A stretch of 64,000 nucleotides of DNA, taken from Escherichia phage ECML-363. Of the stretch, positions 55,808-64,000 are shown piece by piece. Position 1 is the first letter of the stretch. Each line of letters begins with the position of its first letter. The stretch is taken from sequence record OL631483.1; one strand, given 5' to 3'. Under the pieces are notes generated by a model. The model saw only the letters and a list, made by a program, of their open reading frames with translations. It did no database searches and was not told the DNA's origin. The translations under genes were made by a program, and so were the position numbers.

Positions 55808-55960
55808 TCAATTAGTTGACTTTGTTATAATATCATCAGACGCTTGATTTGTAAACTGGTCTGTGTTATTTTCTTCAAAAATTTTTTCTACGAATTCCTT
55901 GAACGACTTACGTTCCTGAGCTACATTATGCTCGATTACTTTTTCAAGATTATGACTCAT
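55808..55960 (-). CDS. Small acidic ORF (51 aa) between arn and asiA
   Basis: Manual translation MSHNLEKVIEHNVAQERKSFKEFVEKIFEENNTDQFTNQASDDIITKSTN; ATGA-coupled to arn stop; below track size cut-off. Confidence 0.4.
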   Translation of the reverse strand: MSHNLEKVIEHNVAQERKSFKEFVEKIFEENNTDQFTNQASDDIITKSTN

Positions 55961-56235
55961 TCGAAATAATCTTCAATTTCATAATCATGGACGTAAATCA
56001 TTATAGTTTTTAATACATCATCAATACTTTTTCCTGGTGCTGGAATTACGTAGAAATATCCTGCTTTTGAAAGGTCTTTATAAGTTCCAATCAAGAAATC
56101 ATTATTCTCGAGATGTAATTCTTCAACTAATTCATTAACAATTGAGTGGTATAAATTTGGTAGAAACTTATATAGCTTTTCTAGAATATCAATTTTGATT
56201 GTGTATTGAACCACAGACTGAGAATCAATAATCAT
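55957..56235 (-). CDS. arn: Anti-restriction nuclease Arn (McrBC inhibitor) candidate
   Basis: 92-aa acidic ORF; position next to asiA and length match T4 arn; sequence not independently recognised. Confidence 0.7.
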   Translation of the reverse strand: MIIDSQSVVQYTIKIDILEKLYKFLPNLYHSIVNELVEELHLENNDFLIGTYKDLSKAGYFYVIPAPGKSIDDVLKTIMIYVHDYEIEDYFE

Positions 56236-56318
56236 AGACCTTCCCCTTATGTTTCTGTTTGCGATTAGATTCTTTAAACGCTTTCTTCTTATCCTTATGA
56301 ACAGAAGCTTTATTAAAA

Positions 56319-56537
56319 TTATGTTTTGCGACTAAATTGTTCATAATGCTGAATTACCTCTCTTAAACATTTGCATGTGAATGAGAACTTTTTAGCTACA
56401 CCACACTCAAATATATGTTCTCTTAAATCACGTGTATCAGTATATCCCATCTCAACAATAAAATGCCTTATTAGATTTTTATCTTTATCATTGAGAGAAT
56501 TAAAATAATCAGATTTTGAATTAATTTCCCTGGCCAA
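56319..56537 (-). CDS. Hypothetical protein (arn.1 region)
   Basis: 72-aa ORF. Confidence 0.5.
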   Translation of the reverse strand: MAREINSKSDYFNSLNDKDKNLIRHFIVEMGYTDTRDLREHIFECGVAKKFSFTCKCLREVIQHYEQFSRKT

Positions 56538-56817
56538 ATTGAATCACCTTCAGTTGACGTTTTAATTCTTTTATCATTTCTTCGTTCATCGCAATATAAA
56601 GATCGCGTAAAGCAGGTTTTAGCATTCCATTTACCGGAGAACTAAATGGGCATACATAATCTTTTCCTACAAGCTTTTTGGTAAATTCCATATCACAAAA
56701 TTTAAATGCCGGCTCATTCGCATAAATTCCCCAATTAGTTGACATCATTTTATTGGCATATTCCAGTGCCTGAATTTGATTCATAATTCCATCAATTTGA
56801 AACTTTTTAATATTCAT
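56521..56817 (-). CDS. Hypothetical protein (arn.2 region)
   Basis: 98-aa ORF. Confidence 0.5.
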   Translation of the reverse strand: MNIKKFQIDGIMNQIQALEYANKMMSTNWGIYANEPAFKFCDMEFTKKLVGKDYVCPFSSPVNGMLKPALRDLYIAMNEEMIKELKRQLKVIQFGQGN

Positions 56818-57278
56818 TAGTAAAGGTCCTCAGAGTAAAGTTCTTTTTCACTACCACCACGTTCAATACGTACTTGTCCAGCGTAAGTTGCAATAATCAT
56901 TGCTTCTTCACGTGTCCAATAATTACTGTATTGGTCAATAAACCCTTGGTCATCATCACAAACTTGTTGAGTAACTAATTGAGGTTTAACTACATCTAAA
57001 ACTTCTGCCATATCTTTAGAATAATGACGAGCACCTGGAATAACGAGAGTTCGTCCATCTTTTAATTTAAAACGGTTGGCTGCGCAGACAATTCGTCGTT
57101 GATACTTTTGGTTTTCATCCCAATACGCAGTCTGCCAACATATTTCAGGAACTTCATCTAAAACATTTTGTTCTGTATATTCACCGCCGTAAGAAGCTAA
57201 TTTAGCAGCCAGACTTTCCGGAGTCTCACGTAACAAAGCTTTATCTAACAGAGCTAAACGTTCTTTAAAAGTTTTCAT
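56817..57278 (-). CDS. Hypothetical protein (arn.3 region)
   Basis: 153-aa ORF. Confidence 0.55.
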   Translation of the reverse strand: MKTFKERLALLDKALLRETPESLAAKLASYGGEYTEQNVLDEVPEICWQTAYWDENQKYQRRIVCAANRFKLKDGRTLVIPGARHYSKDMAEVLDVVKPQLVTQQVCDDDQGFIDQYSNYWTREEAMIIATYAGQVRIERGGSEKELYSEDLY

Positions 57279-57604
57279 TTAAACCATCCTTTAATACGTT
57301 GCCACAAAGTTTTCTGTTGAGCTTTGTTAACACCAATTGAGCGAATAACCGGTTGAGATTCCTGGAATTCTTTATAATCAGCAAGATAAATTTCGTAAGC
57401 TGCATCTGTAAAGGAACTTATCGCTGCCATAAAATTATTGCGAATACCTACTGGAGCATCTTTACTTTCACGAATAATCATGTATTTACCAGTCTTAATC
57501 TTTACGATAGTTCCAAGATAAGCTCCATGATACCAGATGTCCCAACCCTCTTGAGTAGGTTCTGCACAACGACGAAGTTCATTGACAATTTCTAACTTGT
57601 TCAT
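57275..57604 (-). CDS. Hypothetical protein (arn.4 region)
   Basis: 109-aa ORF. Confidence 0.5.
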   Translation of the reverse strand: MNKLEIVNELRRCAEPTQEGWDIWYHGAYLGTIVKIKTGKYMIIRESKDAPVGIRNNFMAAISSFTDAAYEIYLADYKEFQESQPVIRSIGVNKAQQKTLWQRIKGWFK

Positions 57605-57614
57605 TATTTATTCC

Positions 57615-58250
57615 TCACAGTTCAGATGCTACAGTGATTACTGCTTCAATGTTTTCTGCCGAACGTTTAATGTCAAGATACACATTACCGTTTTTAGCGA
57701 TTTTACAAGACATTCCGATATCGGTAAATTTCTGAATATGATGTTCCATCATTTTGTATCCAAAAATTCGCATGTTTCCATTATTGTTAATTTCAAAATT
57801 GCGAATTCCGTGAGTGCGTTTTTCTAAAATAGCAAGATAGTTACTGCGGTAAGTTTCAACCTTTTTAAGAACAAATCCATTTTCATCTAAAAGTTTTAAC
57901 ATGAGGTCTTTATCTTCTTCCATATCAGAAGTAATCTCACGAGCTTTACGAGTAGCACGTTTTTTCAGAAGTTCTGGAGCATTTTCCTGCGCATATAAAG
58001 TTGCTGCATTTGAAATAATATCTTGCGCTTCGCCTGTAATGATTAATCCATCACCTGATTTCTCTACCAGGCCTTTTTTAATTAATACCCCAATATTACT
58101 ATTAACTACTGCGTTACCTAAATCTGGATGCACCTCACGAACTTCTGCAGCTGTAATGAAATCTTTCTTAGCAATAGTAATTAAAATCGCAGCAGTTTTT
58201 TCATTCAGAACATCGTTAGAAGCTTTGATGATGTAAGTTACTTTAGACAT
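57615..58250 (-). CDS. motA: Middle-transcription activator MotA
   Basis: 211-aa ORF MSKVTYIIKASNDVLNEKTAAILITIAKKDFITAAEVREVHPDLGNAVVNSNIGVLIKKGL... Confidence 0.95.
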   Translation of the reverse strand: MSKVTYIIKASNDVLNEKTAAILITIAKKDFITAAEVREVHPDLGNAVVNSNIGVLIKKGLVEKSGDGLIITGEAQDIISNAATLYAQENAPELLKKRATRKAREITSDMEEDKDLMLKLLDENGFVLKKVETYRSNYLAILEKRTHGIRNFEINNNGNMRIFGYKMMEHHIQKFTDIGMSCKIAKNGNVYLDIKRSAENIEAVITVASEL

Positions 58251-58291
58251 TTTCTAATCTCCGTAATTCTGTATCAGTAGTTGATAATTAT

Positions 58292-58321
58292 ATAGTACCA
58301 CAGTATGCTTTGGTTGTAAAC
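58292..58321 (-). promoter_or_regulatory. T4-type early promoter upstream of motA
   Basis: Minus-sense GGTTTACAACCAAAGCATACTGTGGTACTAT preceded by A/T-rich element. Confidence 0.55.
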
Positions 58322-58351
58322 CGTTTTGTGAAAAAAATTTTAAAATAAAAA

Positions 58352-58371
58352 GGGAGAGCCGAGGCTCTCCC
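58352..58371 (-). terminator. Hairpin GGGAGAGCC-(TCGG)-CTCTCCC
   Basis: 8-bp stem followed in minus sense by T-run. Confidence 0.6.
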
Positions 58372-58377
58372 TAAAAA

Positions 58378-58527
58378 TTACTGCATGACTGTGATAACTG
58401 TCATGATAACACGTTGAATTCCGAACGCAAGAAGACCTCCTGCTACGGCTGGAACAACACCTAAACCCGCCAGTAAAATGCTACCGGATACTAATGCAGC
58501 GCTTGTAATACCTATGAATGGACTCAT
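58378..58527 (-). CDS. Small hydrophobic protein (49 aa) between gene 52 and motA
   Basis: Manual translation MSPFIGITSAALVSGSILLAGLGVVPAVAGGLLAFGIQRVIMTVITVMQ; ATGA-coupled to gene 52 stop. Confidence 0.4.
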   Translation of the reverse strand: MSPFIGITSAALVSGSILLAGLGVVPAVAGGLLAFGIQRVIMTVITVMQ

Positions 58528-59852
58528 TTGATTTCCTCTAAATCTTTGGTGTATTCTGTAACTACATCAGTAGTTTTCCAATATTCGTTTTCTTCTTTTT
58601 TAGCTTTAGCTTCTTCAGCAAGTTTCTTTGCTTCATCAGAAGTCATATGAAAAATATTCATTCCAACCAGTTTATCAACATAAGAAGAATACATATCAAT
58701 TTTAGAAAGTTCTTCGGTCAGTTCTTTGCGAGTTTTACCTTGCACAACAATTTCACCTGAAATTACTTTCTTAATGAAATGTGCCTTGGCAAAGGCTAAA
58801 CGAAAAGCTGACTCAGTTTCTTTGATTTTGTTATCAATTCGTTTTTGGACATAAGTTTTACGAACTTCAACAAAGTCTTTAATTAAATCAACTACGTTAT
58901 CGTAAACTTGTAGTTTTCCTTTCTCATTAATAACCGTAATATTCTGAGAACGACGCTCAATCAACCCGAAGTCTTTCATAATTTTTGCATGGCGTTCTTC
59001 TTCGTTATCGCTCAAAGAATATTCTTTACGGAATTTAACTTTGAATCCAAAACCATGCTCACCACAAGCATCATCCCATGTAATGAAGCCTTTATCTTCA
59101 AGTGGGTCTAAGATTTTACTCACATAAGTTTCACGATCATACTTATACGGAATCTCAGTGATATGCATTTGAGTTCGTGAAGTAAACTTATATGTTCCAC
59201 GAATTTCATATTGGCCATCAATCTCAACGACTTCACCACGAAATTCTGGGAATTCTACCTTCGGTTTAGTTACTTTCTTTCCTTGAAGAGCTTGTAATAC
59301 AGCTTTCTTAACAGAAGAAACACTATGAGGAAGAATGTAAGTTGCATAACCAGTTGCAATACCGGAAACACCATTAAGAAGAACAGTAGGAATAATAGGC
59401 AAATAGAAAGCAGGCGGAATGTGTTCTTTATCTTGATGTACCGGAGCATATTCAGTATCTTTATATACGTTATAGAAATTTTTACTTACACGAGCAAAAA
59501 TATAACGACTTGCTGCTGCTTTTTGGACGGTACGAGAACCAAAGTTTCCTTGACCATCTAACAGAGGAAAATTATTATTCCAAGTGTTAGCCATCAAAGC
59601 ACCTGCGTCTTGCGCAGAGTTTTCACCATGATGATATCCAAGGTCCGCTACACCACCTGCAATAGAAGCGAGTTTGTGAAACTTATCTTTATTTCCTCGT
59701 GCCAAATCAAGAGCTCGAGCAATAACAAATCGTTGAACTGGCTTAAATCCGTCAATCATATTTGGAATGGCACGATTTTCAACCGTGTACATAGCATAAG
59801 CCAATGCTTCATTATCAATGATACTTTTTAAATCGCGATTATTCAGTTGCAT
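58524..59852 (-). CDS. 52: DNA topoisomerase II medium subunit gp52
   Basis: 442-aa ORF MQLNNRDLKSIIDNEALAYAMYTVENRAIPNMIDGFKPVQRFVIARAL... (GyrA/ParC-like cleavage core). Confidence 0.97.
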   Translation of the reverse strand: MQLNNRDLKSIIDNEALAYAMYTVENRAIPNMIDGFKPVQRFVIARALDLARGNKDKFHKLASIAGGVADLGYHHGENSAQDAGALMANTWNNNFPLLDGQGNFGSRTVQKAAASRYIFARVSKNFYNVYKDTEYAPVHQDKEHIPPAFYLPIIPTVLLNGVSGIATGYATYILPHSVSSVKKAVLQALQGKKVTKPKVEFPEFRGEVVEIDGQYEIRGTYKFTSRTQMHITEIPYKYDRETYVSKILDPLEDKGFITWDDACGEHGFGFKVKFRKEYSLSDNEEERHAKIMKDFGLIERRSQNITVINEKGKLQVYDNVVDLIKDFVEVRKTYVQKRIDNKIKETESAFRLAFAKAHFIKKVISGEIVVQGKTRKELTEELSKIDMYSSYVDKLVGMNIFHMTSDEAKKLAEEAKAKKEENEYWKTTDVVTEYTKDLEEIK

Positions 59853-59856
59853 AAAT

Positions 59857-60003
59857 TTACCATACTAGTGAATGTAGTGCCATAATAACATCAGAAATGA
59901 AAAGCACGACTTGAATTAATCCGAACATTACTCCATAATATAGTGCTACTAATAAAGTAGCAAGGGCTAATGAATAGCCCAAGATTTTCTTAATCATTTT
60001 CAT
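59857..60003 (-). CDS. Small hydrophobic protein (48 aa)
   Basis: Manual translation MKMIKKILGYSLALATLLVALYYGVMFGLIQVVLFISDVIMALHSLVW. Confidence 0.4.
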   Translation of the reverse strand: MKMIKKILGYSLALATLLVALYYGVMFGLIQVVLFISDVIMALHSLVW

Positions 60004-60142
60004 TTAATAGCCAAAACAATGATAAAATTGCTAATACGCCTTGAGCTGTTGCTTGTAAAAATACTGAAGTTTCTCCAGTTATTACTGTTCCGGCGAATAA
60101 AAAGGACCAGCAGAAAAAGGCTATACCATAAACAAATTTCAT
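59990..60142 (-). CDS. Small membrane protein (50 aa), possible ac
   Basis: Manual translation MKFVYGIAFFCWSFLFAGTVITGETSVFLQATAQGVLAILSLFWLLNEND; position between stp and 52 fits T4 ac. Confidence 0.4.
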   Translation of the reverse strand: MKFVYGIAFFCWSFLFAGTVITGETSVFLQATAQGVLAILSLFWLLNEND

Positions 60143-60149
60143 ATTTTCC

Positions 60150-60230
60150 TCACTGGCGTCCGAAGACGCCTTTAGTTTTAAAATTATTACGATAGAACTG
60201 CATCACATGTTCGTTATGGAAATTACTCAT
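60150..60230 (-). CDS. stp: Stp peptide (trigger of host PrrC anticodon nuclease)
   Basis: Manual translation [26 protein letters not shown] (26 aa) matches T4 Stp as recalled; TAATG overlap with ndd stop. Confidence 0.85.
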   Translation of the reverse strand: MSNFHNEHVMQFYRNNFKTKGVFGRQ

Positions 60231-60688
60231 TAATATGCCTGCAAAACGAATTTAAAGTTATCAGCCAACATACGGTTCATTTCTTCAAGTGTTTGATACT
60301 CAGAATGATGATTACGAGTAAACGCTAAAGCTAACTGTCCTTTTCCAAATCCCGTCGTCAGAGGTTTCATCTTAGAAGCAGGCAGATAAAACACTGTGTA
60401 TGGAACATTGTTATTTGCAATAGTACGTGCAAGCTGAGACCGACGTTGACGAATATGACTTAGAACTGCACTGAATCCTTGCTTAGAACGCTGATTACCT
60501 ACATAAAATCGTGCTGACACACATGGATTACTAAATGGACGACCATCTAATTTACTTACTAAAAAGTAAAATCCAGGTTTAGATAAAATATCTTTATGCG
60601 GAGTTCCCAAAAACCACTCACCACCCTTGATTGTACCAATAACAGTAGCACCTGCATCATTCAGATCAGTAACAGTCATATATTTCAT
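60230..60688 (-). CDS. ndd: Nucleoid disruption protein Ndd
   Basis: Start corrected to [49 protein letters not shown]... (~151 aa). Confidence 0.9.
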   Translation of the reverse strand: MKYMTVTDLNDAGATVIGTIKGGEWFLGTPHKDILSKPGFYFLVSKLDGRPFSNPCVSARFYVGNQRSKQGFSAVLSHIRQRRSQLARTIANNNVPYTVFYLPASKMKPLTTGFGKGQLALAFTRNHHSEYQTLEEMNRMLADNFKFVLQAY

Positions 60689-60746
60689 ATTAATTTCCTC
60701 TAAATTATTTTCTACTCCAAGGCCGCATGAATACGCGGCCATTAAA

Positions 60747-60962
60747 TTAATCGTCGCAGTCGACGCTCAATTCCCAAAACTCTTCTACGGTATAAGTTTC
60801 AGTATCATTTTCAATACAGAAACGTTCATTACTATTGTTTGCTAAAGTAGCGTTAACTGTCATTTTTTCGCTAGTGCTCTTAAGAGGTGAAATACGAATT
60901 AACTGATCGCCGTTATCTAAACAAAAAATTTCACCAACTTTTACATCTTTAAAGATTTTCAT
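60747..60962 (-). CDS. Hypothetical protein (ndd.1 region)
   Basis: 71-aa ORF. Confidence 0.5.
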   Translation of the reverse strand: MKIFKDVKVGEIFCLDNGDQLIRISPLKSTSEKMTVNATLANNSNERFCIENDTETYTVEEFWELSVDCDD

Positions 60963-60970
60963 AATTCACC

Positions 60971-61078
60971 TCAAGGAGTATAAAATCCAAATGCAGTTGT
61001 TGACCATCCCATCCAATATGGAAAATTTGCACCAATGTAAAACATAAGAATATAAAACCAACCGCTCAACAAATTCAT
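60971..61078 (-). CDS. Tiny hydrophobic ORF (35 aa)
   Basis: Manual translation MNLLSGWFYILMFYIGANFPYWMGWSTTAFGFYTP; ATGA-coupled to upstream ORF. Confidence 0.3.
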   Translation of the reverse strand: MNLLSGWFYILMFYIGANFPYWMGWSTTAFGFYTP

Positions 61079-61275
61079 CATTTTACACCATTCCAAATTG
61101 TTTCAACTACGGATTTTAAACCATTTTGATGAATATCCATTCCGACTACTGCCATCAAATAGATTCCAACTACAACTGAACCTAAGGCGAAAATCAGCAT
61201 AAAAATGAATAAAGCCGGAAAAATATTATCGAAAAACCATTCAATAAATGTAAAAGCACCGCGTTTACGCTTCAT
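61078..61275 (-). CDS. Small membrane protein
   Basis: Probable start MKRKRGAFTFIEWFFDNIFPALFIFMLIFALGSVVVGIYLM... (65 aa) with GAGGAAAAT SD. Confidence 0.45.
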   Translation of the reverse strand: MKRKRGAFTFIEWFFDNIFPALFIFMLIFALGSVVVGIYLMAVVGMDIHQNGLKSVVETIWNGVK

Positions 61276-61282
61276 ATTTTCC

Positions 61283-61396
61283 TCACATAAATCCAAAATA
61301 AGCGTTTAACATATCAATCATTAAAACGATTGGGAATATACTCAAAACTATTAGTATTATAACTACATTCCATATAGCTTTAACAATCTTTTTCAT
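61283..61396 (-). CDS. Small membrane protein (37 aa)
   Basis: Track ORF reads through promoter; true start MKKIVKAIWNVVIILIVLSIFPIVLMIDMLNAYFGFM with GGAGGAACAGAAA SD. Confidence 0.4.
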   Translation of the reverse strand: MKKIVKAIWNVVIILIVLSIFPIVLMIDMLNAYFGFM

Positions 61397-61424
61397 TTTC
61401 TGTTCCTCCGTAGTTGATAGGGTA

Positions 61425-61454
61425 ATAATACCACAGAGGAGCAGTCTTGTAAAC
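61425..61454 (-). promoter_or_regulatory. T4-type early promoter (GTTTACA -17 bp- TATTAT)
   Basis: Minus-sense GTTTACAAGACTGCTCCTCTGTGGTATTAT. Confidence 0.5.
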
Positions 61455-61638
61455 AACTTTTTAAAAATATTCGTAATAAATGTGAATACCAATCACCACT
61501 GCTGAAACTTGTGCAACCCACCACGCGCAAGCAATAAGTACAGAATTCATAATTTTCATAATAACCTCATTACAAAAGTAAATGTTAAACAAATTACTGG
61601 AATACTAATTAACCAAACAAAACACCACCATAATGAAC

Positions 61639-61902
61639 TCATAGTTCAATCTCAGCGATTTTCATTTCATTACTATTAATAGCCGCTTTAAGACTATCTG
61701 AAAGAATTACATTCCAGTGGTCATTCATATGACCATTAACTAAGCGTGTAATTTCTTCGGGAGTTGAAAAATAAGGCGTATCAGACTCCCAATGCGATAA
61801 TCCTAAGCGAGTATAAATCATACCTTCATCATCGCTAGAATATTCAACTGACACAAACTCATCAGTTATTTTATGTTTAGCGTAATAAAATTTAAATTTC
61901 AT
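61639..61902 (-). CDS. Hypothetical protein (ndd.x region)
   Basis: Track ORF reads through promoter; true start MKFKFYYAKHKITDEFVSVEYSSDDEG... (87 aa) with GGAGGAGCGGAAA SD. Confidence 0.5.
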   Translation of the reverse strand: MKFKFYYAKHKITDEFVSVEYSSDDEGMIYTRLGLSHWESDTPYFSTPEEITRLVNGHMNDHWNVILSDSLKAAINSNEMKIAEIEL

Positions 61903-61930
61903 TTTCCGCTCCTCCGTAGTTGATAGTTGT

Positions 61931-61960
61931 ATATTACCACGGTCCTTGTGGTATGTAAAC
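61931..61960 (-). promoter_or_regulatory. T4-type early promoter (GTTTACA -17 bp- TAATAT)
   Basis: Minus-sense GGTTTACATACCACAAGGACCGTGGTAATAT with upstream A/T-rich element. Confidence 0.5.
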
Positions 61961-61976
61961 CGTTTTGTGAAAATTT

Positions 61977-62534
61977 TTAAATGGAAAGATACCATCCGTT
62001 GTAGTTGCTTTTTCTTACAACCTTACGAAGGTCTTCTCTGTCACCGATGAACTTCGGAGTGTACTGGATGACACCTGGATGAATTTCTTTAGTGTTGAAT
62101 ATAATTATACAGTCAGCGACTTGATGATTTAGAATGGGCCCTAGATTTATTCCAGAACCATATGGATACTCTCCGCTGCATCCCGTTGTTACCGAAATCC
62201 AACGCGAGTCAGTTTGATGTGTCTTAACTTCTACACGAAGCCCGCAGTATCTTGGATGCGCCAATACATCCCATGCGTATGTATACGGGTCATTAACGTC
62301 CTCTTGGCCTTTGTTAACATACCCGCTTAGCCAATCTGCTACAAAAAACTCTGCGTACACCGCGATACGGCATCTTTCGATAACTTCTGCTTTATCCTGG
62401 TTCGGGTTTTGTTTTAAAGAGTATCTTGCTGTATCAGCAATTTTGACCTTCATTTCACTAGTCAAATCACTGTTCGATAGGGTAAATGTCGGAATCTGAA
62501 ATAGTCTCTGTAAACCCGGATTCGTTTTCTGCAT
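61977..62534 (-). CDS. denB: Endonuclease IV (dC-specific ssDNA endonuclease)
   Basis: 185-aa ORF; position next to rIIB and length as T4 denB; start codon choice uncertain. Confidence 0.8.
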   Translation of the reverse strand: MQKTNPGLQRLFQIPTFTLSNSDLTSEMKVKIADTARYSLKQNPNQDKAEVIERCRIAVYAEFFVADWLSGYVNKGQEDVNDPYTYAWDVLAHPRYCGLRVEVKTHQTDSRWISVTTGCSGEYPYGSGINLGPILNHQVADCIIIFNTKEIHPGVIQYTPKFIGDREDLRKVVRKSNYNGWYLSI

Positions 62535-62796
62535 TTAGACTTTCCTTTTTACCGCTGAGATAAGCGTTATATACTTTAAGAGTGCCGTAATAAATTCGGT
62601 CATTTTCATCTAAAGACTCACGGTCAAGTTCATCGAGTTCCTTTTTATCCATGACTATAACATCATTGCAATAAAGAAACCCAAGTTTTTTGTGTCCAAA
62701 CTCAAATTTATTACAGTACACAATATTAGCGTGATGATTACCATGTAGAGAAATTTCTTTTATGTCGGAATCACCGATATTCATACAATAAATCAT
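62467..62796 (-). CDS. Hypothetical protein (denB.1 region)
   Basis: 109-aa ORF; 3' end overlaps annotated denB start by ~68 nt in another frame. Confidence 0.45.
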   Translation of the reverse strand: MIYCMNIGDSDIKEISLHGNHHANIVYCNKFEFGHKKLGFLYCNDVIVMDKKELDELDRESLDENDRIYYGTLKVYNAYLSGKKESLNAENESGFTETISDSDIYPIEQ

Positions 62797-62814
62797 AATT
62801 CACCTTAAAACAAA

Positions 62815-62830
62815 AGGGCCGAAGCCCTTA
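62815..62830 (-). terminator. Hairpin AAGGGC-CGAA-GCCCTT
   Basis: Module gggccgaagcccttatttaaattgt also present at 63049-63073. Confidence 0.5.
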
Positions 62831-63022
62831 TTTAAATTGTGCAATTCTTTTCTCTAGACACTCAGCATAAGATTTCATTGAGATGAACTGTGAAAGCAGC
62901 AGTTCTTGCTCAACTGCACTAACCGTTAGAAACTTTGCGCTTTCTAAAAATTTGCTCAGTGCATTAATTTTGAGCATTAATTGATCGTATTCTTCTTTTA
63001 CTCGTGCTTGATAACCTAACAT
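62828..63022 (-). CDS. Hypothetical protein
   Basis: 64-aa ORF between two copies of the hairpin module. Confidence 0.5.
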   Translation of the reverse strand: MLGYQARVKEEYDQLMLKINALSKFLESAKFLTVSAVEQELLLSQFISMKSYAECLEKRIAQFK

Positions 63023-63046
63023 AATTTTCCTTAGTTAAGGGCCGAA

Positions 63047-63062
63047 GCCCTTATTTAAATTG
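63047..63062 (-). terminator. Hairpin AAGGGC-CGAA-GCCCTT overlapping rIIB stop
   Basis: Second copy of repeated hairpin module. Confidence 0.5.
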
Positions 63063-63989
63063 TTCAGTAACGTCTTCAATTACTTCGTATTGGCAGGTAC
63101 GCATTTTAGCGTCGTTGTAATCAATCGGAATTGATACTACATCACGAGGATGAACTTTAACTTTTACAACTCGGCTGGTTGAACCACCGAAGTGACGAAT
63201 ATAAGATTTAGAACACACATGCAGACCACGAGAACAAGTTTGTGTATCATCGTCATTTACACGAGTACGTGGCATTTTAACTACTTTACCAGGACTGTTA
63301 TCAAAGGTATTTGAGTGACAGTCAAAGTAATTGCTACGAACTACTTTCCAAGCATAGAAGTAACCATCTTCTGTAATTTCAATATCGTTTGCTACCAAGA
63401 AATCAAAAAGTCGAGATACCGCTTTCTGGCTTGGGTTTTCCAGCAGATTTTCCAAGAACGGAAAATAAAATTCAAAGTTTTCGCCTTTTTCCATCGAATC
63501 AAGAATACGATCAACCAAACCAGACCGCAATTCAATATTTTGATAGAATAAGCTTCCACCTTCAATTCGAACATCGCCGGAAATATATTTTTCAACAGCG
63601 CGACGAACATTAATTTTTTGTGCCGCTTCTTCCAGCTTATCCGCTACAAGCAGATTGAGAATTTCCTGGAAGTTTGAATGAGTATTAGGTGTTGCATTAT
63701 AAGTTACACCATCGACAGTAATCGAAATGAATTTTTTAGATGCATTCCAAATAATGTCAGATTTAGTAACTGGAGCAATAACTGCATCGCTATTAACTTT
63801 AACTGTAATATCACCGCTAATAGTAACTTTAGAGCGTTTAGCTTCTTCAGCATTTTTCAAAACACGACGGATTGTATCAACCGATACACCTTGCCAATCA
63901 GCCAATTCCTGCTGAGTATAATTACCGCTTGAATACAGTTTAACAATTTCAGCTTGTTCGTTTTTGGTCAGGCATTTAATATTGTACAT
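63051..63989 (-). CDS. rIIB: rIIB (membrane-associated protein; Rex exclusion target)
   Basis: 312-aa ORF MYNIKCLTKNEQAEIVKLYSSGNYTQQELADWQGVSVDTIRRVLKNAEEAKRSKVTISGD... Confidence 0.95.
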   Translation of the reverse strand: MYNIKCLTKNEQAEIVKLYSSGNYTQQELADWQGVSVDTIRRVLKNAEEAKRSKVTISGDITVKVNSDAVIAPVTKSDIIWNASKKFISITVDGVTYNATPNTHSNFQEILNLLVADKLEEAAQKINVRRAVEKYISGDVRIEGGSLFYQNIELRSGLVDRILDSMEKGENFEFYFPFLENLLENPSQKAVSRLFDFLVANDIEITEDGYFYAWKVVRSNYFDCHSNTFDNSPGKVVKMPRTRVNDDDTQTCSRGLHVCSKSYIRHFGGSTSRVVKVKVHPRDVVSIPIDYNDAKMRTCQYEVIEDVTEQFK

Positions 63990-64000
63990 AATTTTCCTTA

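Overview
This window is a contiguous ~64-kb segment of a T4-like (T-even) Escherichia phage genome, read here from protein-level recognition of the supplied ORF translations and motif inspection of the DNA; no database search was run. It runs from the 3' end of major capsid gene 23 through 24, rnlB, hoc, inh, uvsW, uvsY, baseplate genes 25-26-51-27-28-29-48-54, two tandem alt ADP-ribosyltransferase genes, DNA ligase 30 and the 30.x block, rIII, 31, cd, pseT, a spanin pair, alc, rnlA, denA, nrdB, nrdA, td, frd, 32, 59, 33, dsbA, rnh, long tail fibre genes 34-37 with a T2-type gp38 adhesin, holin t, asiA, arn, motA, 52, stp, ndd, denB and rIIB. Gene order and sizes match T4, but it is not T4 itself. 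Differences I can support from the sequence: td and nrdB are uninterrupted and no homing-endonuclease gene is recognisable in the window; a second full-length alt paralog is intact; gp37 ends in a chaperone-like domain followed by a glycine-rich gp38 adhesin; and there are extra small ORFs between frd and td and between 32 and frd. The most striking anomaly is in gene 38: an imperfect in-frame ~309-bp tandem duplication with a premature TGA and long G-homopolymer runs, which is either an assembly artefact or a revertible adhesin switch. Regulatory signals are typical T4: TATAAATA late promoters, a reiterated GTTTACA-17 bp-TAnnAT early promoter module, a MotA-box middle promoter at uvsY, the gene 32 operator region, and many GC-stem tetraloop terminators. 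Several ORF-track starts are N-terminally over-extended (TTG starts or read-through of promoters); corrected starts are given. No tRNA, rRNA, CRISPR array or integrase was found. T4 sub-gene names for small ORFs (30.x, cd.x, arn.x, ndd.x, frd.x) are positional guesses from memory.
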